A DNA stretch of 64,000 nucleotides from Mobula hypostoma (taxonomy: Eukaryota), in NCBI RefSeq assembly GCF_963921235.1, contig NC_086097.1, positions 157,544,001 to 157,608,000 of the forward strand. Direction: 5' to 3'. This document shows positions 11,953 to 21,810 of the stretch, in pieces. Positions within the stretch are counted from its first letter, which is position 1. Every line of letters starts with the position of its first letter. The position numbers were made by a program, and so were the translations under genes. The notes beneath the pieces were generated by a model. That model was not told the origin of the DNA and did no database searches. It worked only from the letters and a program-made list of their open reading frames with translations.

Positions 11953-12448
11953 GCACCTCTTCCTAGAGATGCTGCCTGGCCTGCTGCGTTCACCAGCAAC
12001 TTTTAAGTGTGTTGCTTGAATTTCCAGCATCTGCAGAATTCCTGTTGTTTATGTTATGGTGAGGTTGTATAAGGCATTGGTGAGGCCAAATTTGGAGTAT
12101 TGTGTACAGTTTTGGTCACCAAATTATAGGAAGGATATTAATAAGGTTCAAAGAGTGCAGAGAAGATTTACAGGGATGTTGCTGGGACTTGAGAAACTGA
12201 GTTACAGAGAAAGGTTGAATAGGTTAGGACTTTATTCCCTAGAGCATAGAAGAATGAGGGGAGATTTGATAGAGGTATATAAAATTATGATGGGTATAGA
12301 TAGAGTGAATGCAAGCAGGCTTTTTCCACTGAGGCGAGGGGAGAAAAAAAAACCAGAGGACGTGGGTTAAGGGTGAAGGGGGAAAAGTTTAAAGGGAACA
12401 TTGGGGGGGGTGCTTCTTCACACAGAGAGTGGTGGGAGTGTGGAATGA

Positions 12449-14325
12449 GACCTTAAGACCATGAGACAAAGGAGCAGAAGTCAGCTATTCGGCCTATCAA
12501 GTCTGCCCCGCCATTTTAGCATGAGCTGATCCATTCTCCCATTTAGTCCCACTCCCCCGCCTTCTCACCATAACCTTTGATGCCCTGGCTACTCAGATAC
12601 CTATCAATCTCTGCCTTAAATACACCCAATGACTTAGCCTCCACTGCTGCCCCTGGCAACAAATTCCATAGATTCACCACCCTCTGGCTAAAAAAATTTC
12701 TTCACATCTCTGTTCTGAATGGGCACCTTTCAATCCTTAAGTCATGCCCTCTCATACTAGACTCCCACATCATGGGAAACAACTTTGCCACATCTACTCT
12801 GTCCGTACCTTTCAACATTCGAAATGTTTCAATGAGATCCCCCCTCATTCGTCTAAACTCCAAGGAATACAGTCCAAGAGCGGACAAACTTTCCTCATAT
12901 GTTAACCCTCTCATTCCCGGAAACATTCTAGTGAATCTTCTCTGTACCCTCTCCAATACCAGCACATCCTTTCTTAAATAAAGAGACCAAAACTGCCCAC
13001 AGTACTCTAAGTGAGGTCTGACCAGCGCCTTATAGAGCCTCAACATCACATCCCTGCTCCTATACTCTATTCCTCTAGAAATGAATGTCAACATTGCATT
13101 CGCCTTCTTCACCACCGACTCAACCTGGAGGTTAACCTTAAGGGTATCCTGTACGAGGAATCCCAAGTCCCGTTGCATCTCAGAACTTTGAATTCTTTCC
13201 CCATTTAAATAATAGTCGGCCCGTTTACTTCTTCTGCCAAAGTGCATAACCATACACTTTCCAACATTGTATTTCATTTGCCACTTCTTTGCCCATTCTT
13301 CCAATCTATCCAAGTCTCTCTGCAGACTCTCTGTTTCCTCAGCACTACCAGCCCCTCTGCCTATCTTCGTATCATCAGCAAACTTAGCCACAAAGCCATC
13401 TATTCCATAATCTAAACCTTTGATATACAACGTAAAAAGAAGCAGCCCCAACACGGACCCCCGTGGAACACAACTGGTAACCGGCAACCAACCAGAATAG
13501 GATCCCTTTATTCCCACTCTCTGTTTCCTGCCAATCAGCCAACGCCCTATCCACATATGTAACTTTCCCGTAATTCCATGGGCTCTTGTCTTGTTTAGCA
13601 GCCTCATGAGTGGCACCTTGTCGAAGGCTTTCTGAAAATTCAATATACAACATCCATTATGGCTCCCTTGTCTAGCCTACTTGTAATTTCCTCAAAAAAT
13701 TGTAATAGGTTTGTCAGGCAGGATTTTCCACTAAGGAAAGCATGCTGAGTTCTGCCTATCTTGTCATATGCCTCCAGGTACTCCGTAACCTCATCCTTGA
13801 CAATCGACTCCAACAACTTCCCAACCACCGATGTCAAGCTAACAGGTCTATAATTTCCTCTTTGCTTCCTTGACCCCTTCTTAAATAGCAGAGTGACATT
13901 TGCAATCTTCCAGTCCTCTGGAACCATGCCAGAATCTATCAACTTTTGAAAGATCATCGCTAATGCCTCTTCAATCTCCACAGCTACTTTCTTTAGAACA
14001 CGAGGGTGCATTCCATCTGGTCCGGGAGATTTATCTACCTTTAGATTATTCAACTTCCTGAGTACTTTCTCTGTCGTAATTGTGACTGTGCACACTTCCC
14101 TTTCCTGCCACCCTTGAGAGTCCGGTATACTGCTGATGTCTTCCTCAGTGAAGACTGATGCAAAATACTCGTTCAGTTCCTCTGCCATCTCCTTATCTCC
14201 CATTACAATTTCTCCAGCATCATTTTCTATCGGTCCTATATCTACTCTCACCTGTCTTTTACTCTGTATATACCTGAAAAAGCTTTTAGTATCCTCTTTG
14301 ATATTATTTGCTAGCTTCCTTTCAT
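12449..14325 (-). mobile_element. Young 5'-truncated CR1 LINE with near-intact RT (one frameshift)
   Basis: ORFs 13640..14251 (KSPGPDG, NYRPVSLTS, SCLTNLL) and 12702..13643 (FQKAFDKV, PRGSVLG, FADDTK); tail at about 12449-12467. Confidence 0.96.
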
Positions 14326-16322
14326 GCTGTCAGATGAAGTGGTAAATGCGGGCTCACTTTTAACATTTAAGAAAAACTTGGATAGGTACATGGATGAGAG
14401 TTGTATGGAGGGATATGGTCCAAGTGCAGTTCAATGGGACTAGGTAGAAAAATGGTTTGGCACAGCCAAGAAGGGCCAAAAGGCCTGCTTCTGTGCTGTA
14501 ATGTTCTATGGTTCTATGGTTCTAATTATTGTTCGATGTGACCACTACCCTCTGTGCGAAACATACACTCATATCTCCTTTAATTATCTCTCCTCTCACC
14601 TTCAACATATGCCATCTAGTTTTGGACTCCCCCATCCTAAGAAAAACACTCTATCCACTCCAACTATGCTTAACATAGATTTATAGACCTCCATAAATAT
14701 GGTCACCATTCAGCCTCCTACATTCCAGAGACGATAAGTCCAGCCTATTCAATCTCTTTTAAATGCATTTCCTCTCACTTATCTGGATTAAATTCCATTT
14801 ACACCATTCCGCTCAACTTTCCAAGTGATCTATGTCTAATTTCACTGGAATTGAAAAGACTGAACCAGGACACATTAAGACATAAAAGTTTGAGATGAAT
14901 CTTGAGGCCATATGCTGAGGGATTGTTCCTATCAACTGTAAAATGTGGAATTAGATGGTAAAAGCATGCTCATTCCTGCTTCTATTTTTGTAGCCGTGCC
15001 TCATAAGCATCAATGGAGCTGACAGCTTGGAAGGTTTTTCTCTTCCAGTTCATTTTATTATATTTGAACTAGAGTTCACTTTTAGCATGGAAACCTATTT
15101 TGTGCATTTAATGCAGGTCCTTCCAAGTTGTACTTGCAACAGCTTATGAGAGTGATGCCAATCTTCTCCTCAAGTTCACCCCATGGGAACCTAATATGTA
15201 GCGATTTTGTGCACATGTTATTCAGAAGATTGTATTTAAGATTACTTCTGCCGACAGCAATATTAAATTTAACAAGAAATATTTAATCCATTTTAAGGGA
15301 AATATATTTATAGCTTGCTTTTAAATAGTTTTATTGATACCAAAAAGATTCTAATATTATACAGTACACTGTTTTTTGTAGATTCATATGATAGTGCAAC
15401 TGTGCAAAATTAAGTTGCCAAGGTCAAATTGGTAAATGAGTGAAGGATTTGAATTCGACAATACACCAATGATTACTCTATTTCTGACTGAATATCAGAT
15501 AAGCAAATATTATCTATGAAACTAAATCTCCATACAGTATAAGTAAATACTTTCAAACGATTAAGTTAATCCAATCTCACAGTAATTGGTGAACAAATCT
15601 GTTGCAATCTATGATATATCTAAATCTGTGGATTGGATTAGAGTATCATAATCCACAGCTACTTTACCAGAAGACTCCATACAGTATTTATTGATTTGTG
15701 CTATCTTCTAAACTAAATTGTTAATTTTATTACCTGATCATCTTCCAGCAATTCTTGTAAAATCATTAAATGTAAAAGCATTCTCAAGCAGTAATTATGC
15801 ATGGTTTGATTGTCCAGAAAATTACCCACATAACACATCCTCCTGGAGTTTTATGGTACCGACAAAATAATAAATATATGTACTCCTTAAGGAAAACTGT
15901 AAATTATTGTAGATTTACCAATATGTGAGTCGGTTGCCTTTAAATTATTCCAAGTTATCCATCATTCTTTCCATCAACTAAACTTCCAAAATGTATAATT
16001 TTCCCTGTTTTTCTTCTTCGTATGTACTTGCCTGGAAAACCTTGCTTATGTTTTAATAAGTTTCATTGAGGTATAGTTAACAAATTTGCCTCTACAGCTA
16101 AAGAAGGATATACCCTCAATAGTCCAGGGAAGGTTCACGAGTTGATTCCTGGGATGTGAACAGACAATATGTTGAGAAGTTGTTTCTTTCAACTGCAAAA
16201 TGTGCAATTAGGTGGCAAAGGAGTTGGTCATTTGGGACTGAAATAGGAACAAAAAATCTCTATCCAGAATTCTATACATTAGAATGCCTTAGATTTCCAG
16301 CATCTGAACATTTACAAGTGAT

Positions 16323-16497
16323 CACGAGGAATTTTGCAGATGCTGGAAATTCAAGCAACACACATCAAAGTTGCTGGTGAACACAGCAGGCCAGGCAGCA
16401 TCTCTAGGAAGCGGTACAGTCGACGTTTCGGGCCAAGACCTCTTCCAAGAGATGCTGCCTGGCCTGCTGCGTTCACCAGCAACTTTGATGTGTGTTG
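16323..16497. mobile_element. 175-bp Penelope-terminus hairpin insertion, 14-bp TSD
   Basis: TSD CATTTACAAGTGAT at 16309-16322 and 16498-16511; 56-bp inverted arms 16356-16411 and 16442-16497; half hammerhead in the loop. Confidence 0.93.
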
Positions 16498-17167
16498 CAT
16501 TTACAAGTGATTCAAGGTTTGGAACACTAAAGGAATGAGGAGATATTGAAATCAGGCTGGAAGAAGAGCTGAGAGATAGAATTAGCCATTACTTTATTCT
16601 TGCCTCTATTTTATCTATTACAATTCAATGGAGCTGACAAATCTGATTTGTCTCCACACCTGTGGTCAATTGCAAGATCCTTAATAAAGCCCAATAACAG
16701 CAAGTAATTTAATTAGGCAACTCAAACTTAAGCCTATGGCTTGAACACATGACTATCACACAAAATAAGGCATTGCCAACTGAGCCAACAAAACAATTTA
16801 AAAGATAATCACTTACATTTAAACTAGTTCAAGGCTACCAGTCTGAAGCTGCAACGATGTGTTTTCACTCATTAAAAGTCTGATCCCTGTTCTCTAGAAC
16901 CTGGATGACCATATTAGCTTAAATCTGTATTTGTCCCTGCACAACAGCATACTCAATGACACCAGCCTACTGAGAATGCACTGCAGTGTAAAACAGGGGA
17001 ACAAAAATATAAACCAGGACATCAAATCATGATGATAACAGTATAACCTTGCATGCTTACTGTCATATCACCACAACAAACTAAAACTAACGTATGTGAT
17101 CTATTTCTTTTTCCATCTGCTCTGTTCCTATCAGCAGAATGAATAGTTATTAAAAGAAGGAACAATA

Positions 17168-17468
17168 ATGCCACTGTAACATAGAGGTTATAGTGACACC
17201 ATTACAGCTCGGGGCATCTGGAGCTCACGGTTCAATTCCAGTGCCATCTGTAAGAAGTCTGTATGTCCTCCCTGTGGAATGCATGGTTTTTCCCCAGGTA
17301 CTCGGGTTTCTTCCCACAGTCCATAGATATAATAGATTGGTTAATTGGTCATTGCAAATCATCCCGTCATTAGGGTGGGGGTTAATTGAGTTTGTCGGGG
17401 GTTGCTGGGGTGGTGTGATTCAAAGGGCCTATTAGAGCCTACTCCACACTGTATCGCTAAATAAATAA
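17168..17468 (+). mobile_element. V-SINE (HE1-like) with CR1-like tail
   Basis: B box GGTTCAATTCC; V-domain GGTTTCTTCCCACAGTCCA..GGTTAATTGG; ends CTGTATCGCTAAATAAATAAA. Confidence 0.85.
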
Positions 17469-17593
17469 AAGAAGGAACAAAAGTGTACAATATTAGAGCA
17501 AACTGCAAACAACTAGAAGCAAAAAATCTATCTTGACCAAATAAAAAAATAATGATTTTTGTTAGTTCAGTATCTTCAGTATAACTAGATTCT

Positions 17594-17695
17594 CCTGTCC
17601 CGAGGAAGGGCCGTGGCCCGAAATATCGACTATACTCCTTTCCATAGAAGATTCCTGGCCTGCTGAGCTCCTCCAGCATTTTGTGTGTGTTTCTT
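17594..17695 (+). mobile_element. Penelope 3' terminal fragment with decayed hammerhead
   Basis: GTCCCGAGGAAGGGCCGTGGCCCGAAATATCGACT..CTGCTGAGCTCCTCCAGCATTTTGTGTGTG. Confidence 0.85.
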
Positions 17696-19764
17696 ACGCT
17701 GAATTACTTGACCAAAGGCTGTAATCTATAGGTTTTAAGACACTATCAGAGTCAAATGGTATTGGGAATCATAAAGTTTTAGACCTTGTGGGGCCAGAGG
17801 GTATTGGGATTAGGCAGAAAGGTATATGAGGAATGGGCTCAGCAAGGATCTGAAAGAAGATTGTGGATCCATGTGGTCCATTTCAATTTCTATTTGTTAC
17901 ATTTTTTTTCATGGCTAGAAAGAATAAATAATAAAAGGAAGGAATAAACTTAGGTGCAACTTTTTTTCATGTTTCCAAATTTATCCATCCCAAAAATTCC
18001 CTTCATTGGAAGATGGGAACAATCTTGAAAAAAATAATAATACTAAATTGAGATTGGAAATGAGAAGAAAAAAACAAATAATAGGAGATAGATATATTGT
18101 GTGGTTCAGCTAATTTACTGGAAATAATATTCAGAGCTTTCAAGTACTTGACGCTAATTTTCACTTTTAAGTTCTAACATTGCAGCACAATCATTTTTGT
18201 TTCAATAGCTAGAAATATGGTTCTCCTTCATTATCTCTACTATTATAAGTCAGTGTTTCTAGATCAAATAATTAATTCTTGTTACAGCCTTTTCTTAAAG
18301 TTTAATATTAATATTAGAGATCAATAATAGAAATTAACTGATACTGATTTTTCAAACAAAATTTATTAAAACCATAAGACCATAAGACATAGCAGCAGAA
18401 TTAGACCATTTGGCCCATTGCATCTGCTCTGCCATTCCATCATGGCTGATTTATTATCTCTCTCAACCCCATTCTCCTGCCTTCTCTCAGTATCCATTGA
18501 TGCCCTGACCAATCTCTATCTTAAATATACCCAATGAGTTTGTCTGCATAGCCATCTGTGGTAATGAGCTCCAAAGATTCACCAGCCTCTGGCTAAAGAC
18601 ATTTTTCTTCATTTCTGTTCTAAATGGATGTACCTCTATTCTGGTCCTAGAGTCACCATATAGGAATATCCTCTCCACATCCACTCTTTATAGGCCTTTC
18701 AATATTCAATAGGTTTCAATGGGTGCCCCCTCATTTTTCTAAACTCTTGTGAGTATAAGCTCAGAACCATCAAACACTCTTCATAAGTTAACACTTCCAT
18801 TCTTGGAATCATTCTTGTGTTCCTCTTCTGAATCCTCCCCAAAGCCAGCATATCTTTTCTTAGGTAAGGGGTCCAAAACTACTCACACTGCTTCAAGTGT
18901 GGTCTAACCAATGCCTCATAAAACCTCAGCATTACATCCTTACTTTTGAATGCCAGTCTTCTCAAAATGAATGCATTTGTCTTTCTTACCACCAACACAA
19001 CCTGCAAGTTAACCTTTAGGGAATCCTGCATGAGGACTCCCAAGTCACTTTGCACCACTGATTTTTGAGTTTTCTCCTCATTTAGAAAATAGCCCACACC
19101 TTTATTCCTTTTACCAAAGTGCATAACCATATACTTCCCTACACTATATCTCACCTGCTATTTCTTTGCCCATTCTCCCAATCTGTTTAAGTCCTTCTGT
19201 AGATACCCTGCTCCCTCAATACTATCTGCTCCTTAATTTATCTTCCTATCATGCGAAAACTTCACCACAAAATCATCAGTTCCTTCATCCAAATCGTTGA
19301 CATAAAACAAGAAAAGAAGTGGTCCCAACACTGACCCCTAAGGCACACTACTAATCACCGGCAGCCAACCAGGAAAGGTCCCCTTTATTCCAACTCTGCC
19401 TCCTGTCAATCAGCCAATCTTCTATCCAATCTAGTACCTTTCCCATATTTCCATTGGCATTTATTTTGTTAAGCAGCCTCCTGTGTGGCACCTTGTCAAA
19501 GGACTAATGAAAATCCAAATAAACAATGTCCACTGACTCTCCTTTGTCAATCCTCTCTGTTTTTTCCTCAAAGAATTTCAACAGATTTGTCAGGCAAGGG
19601 TTCCCCTTTAGCAAGCCATGCTGACTTTGGCCTATTTTCTATTTTGTCATGTGTCTCCAAGTACACCAAAACCCCATCCTTAATAATAGACTCCAATATC
19701 TTCCCAACCACTGAAGTCAGGGTAAGAAGCCTATAATTTCCTTTCGACTGCCTTCCTCCCTTCC

Positions 19765-20516
19765 CAGACATCCCACCTCTCCCGGAAGTTCCGGGAGTCT
19801 CCTGCATATTAATAGTGGCTCCCTGATGCCCGCAAATTATATACAATATCACGGAAATCAATTTTTTTGACAGCGAGCATGCAAGTGAGAAAGAGAGAGA
19901 GAGAGAAAGAGTACGAGAGCGACCATGAGAGAGAGAGTGCGCGAGTGAGAAAGCGAGAGATAAAGCAAGTGCGCAAGCGAGAGCGCGCGAGAGCACACGC
20001 GAGACAGTGCGAGAGCAAGCGAGTGACGAGAGAGAGAGCGCGAGCGAGAGATAAAGTGAGACCGCGAGCGAGAGATAAAGTGAGACCGCGAGCGAGAGAG
20101 AGCGAGAGAGAGCGCGAGAGCGACCACGAGAGAGAGAGAGCATGAGCAAGAGAGAAAGGGAGAGAGACAGTGAGAGCGCACCATGGCAGAGTGTTCCAAA
20201 AAAGAGAATATAAAACGTACGTCACCCCAGACTACCCTAAAGCGTACCCCTGTCTAATAGGGGTCAAAATAATGACAGTGTTGTTCGCTGCACTGTTTGC
20301 ATCAGTGACTTTTCTATTGCCCATGGTGGGTTAAGACTGTAAATGTAAAAGACATGTTGAGGTGAGTTTAACAGGTATCATTCATTCATTAGCGTAGCTA
20401 ACTTTATTTAGACTAACTGGCTTGCTGCTATGGAGCTACTCTATTGCAGACATCCCACCTCTCCCGGAAGTTCCGCGAGCCTCCCTGAAATGAGTTTTTG
20501 CAGGGTGGGATGTCTG
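19765..20516. mobile_element. Non-autonomous DNA transposon (MITE), 13-bp TIR, 6-bp TSD
   Basis: CAGACATCCCACC at 19765 and GGTGGGATGTCTG ending 20516; CCTTCC at 19759-19764 and 20517-20522; the host CR1 rejoins across it. Confidence 0.9.
19872..20180. repeat. GA-rich, CpG-rich low-complexity repeat inside the MITE
   Basis: (GA)n interspersed with GCGCGA; tandem 24-mer GCGAGCGAGAGATAAAGTGAGACC. Confidence 0.92.
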
Positions 20517-21810
20517 CCTTCCTAAAGAGTGGAGTGACAATTTTCTAGTCCTCTGGAACTATTCCAGAATCAATGATTCTTTAATGATCATTACTAACGC
20601 CTCCACAATCTCTTTAGCTACCTCTTTCAGAACTCTGGTTTGTAGTCCATCTGGAGCAGGCAACTTAGCTACTTCCAAACTTTTCAGCTTCTCAAGTGCC
20701 TTCTTCTTAGTAAAAGCAACAACATTGCCACCATTGTTTCTGGCATTCTGTTACTGCTTTCCACAGTGAAGACAGATGCAAAATACAAAGTGTACTTAAG
20801 AAGTTTGTCTGCTATGTCTTTGTCCCCATTACTACCATTATAGTGTATTTTCCTGTCTGATATCCATCCTTGTCTTTCTTTTTACTCTTTATATATCTGT
20901 AAAAAATTCTTGTATCCACTTTTATTTTATTGGCTAGCTTACCTTCAAATTTCATCTTTTCTATCTTCATGGCAATTTTAGTTGCCACGCATTGTTTTTA
21001 AAAACTTCCCAATCCTTTACCTGCCCACTAATTTTTGATATATTATATTCCCCCTCTTTTGTTTTTACATTGTCTTTGACTTCCCTTGTCAGCCAAGTTG
21101 TCTCATCCACCCTATACAATACGTCTTCTTTGGGATGTATCTTTCCTGCACCATCTGAATTGCTCCCAGAAACATCAGCCATTACTGTTCTGCCACCTTC
21201 CCTGCCAGTTTCCCCTTCCAATCAACTTTGGCCAGCTCCTCTCTCGTACCTCTGTAATTTCCTTTACTCTACTATAATCTGATTTTAGTTTCTCCTTCTT
21301 AAACTGCAGGTTGATTTCTATGATCACTGCCTCTTAGAGGTTCCTTTATCTTACACTCCCAAATCAAATCAGGGTCATTACATAATATTCAGCCAGAATT
21401 ACCATTCCCGTAGTGGACTCAACTACGAGCTGCTCTAAGAAGCCATTCTGAAGCATTTGCAACTTCCCTCTTTGGATCCTAACTTACCTGCATACTGAAA
21501 TCACCCATGACTTATACAATATTGTGCTTTTTACATGCCCTTTCTATCTCCCATTGTAATTTGTAGCCCACATCCAAGCTATTGTTCGGAGGCCTGTATT
21601 TAACTCCCATCTGGGTCTTTTTAACCTTGCAGTTTGTTCTTACCCACAAGGATTCTACATCTTCTGATCCTATGTCACCTCTTTCTAGGGATTTGATTTC
21701 ATTTTTTATGAACAAAGTTATCTTACAACCTTTGTCGACATGCCTACCCTTGGATGTTAAGCTCCCAATTATGATCTTTTATCAGCCGCAATTCAGCGAT
21801 ACTCACATCA

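Larger units (their letters stand above)
10600..12050. mobile_element. Penelope-like foldback insertion (arms 10600-11291 and 11316-12011, unpaired tail 12012-12050), 12-bp TSD
   Basis: TSD ATGTTATGGTGA at 10588-10599 and 12051-12062; mirror-image ORFs on both strands. Confidence 0.97.
10177..14524 (+). mobile_element. CR1 LINE (RT to 3' tail) interrupted by a PLE foldback and by an antisense CR1
   Basis: GSVLGPLLFVIYINDLD..KFADDTK; EYKSWNVM|VRLYKALVRP rejoins across 10600-12050; TGGAATGA|GCTGTCAGATGAAG rejoins across 12449-14325; (TTCTATGG)n tail to 14524. Confidence 0.92.
9119..14840 (-). mobile_element. Outer CR1 3' fragment split in two (9119-~9317 and ~14530-14840) by nested insertions
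   Basis: TAGAGTCATAGAG tail at 9121; the sequence breaks at ..CACTGGCAGCTTGT and resumes at TGTTCGATG..ACCACTACCCTCTGTG, contiguous in antisense CR1 3' ends such as 51200-51240. Confidence 0.7.

Noticed and set aside
10509..12006. Many paired ORFs on both strands
   Set aside because: Mirror images produced by the palindrome; only the GIY-YIG frame is meaningful.
19568..20225. Long overlapping ORFs rich in L/S/A/R or R/E
   Set aside because: Artefacts of the (GA/TC)n low-complexity tract inside the MITE.
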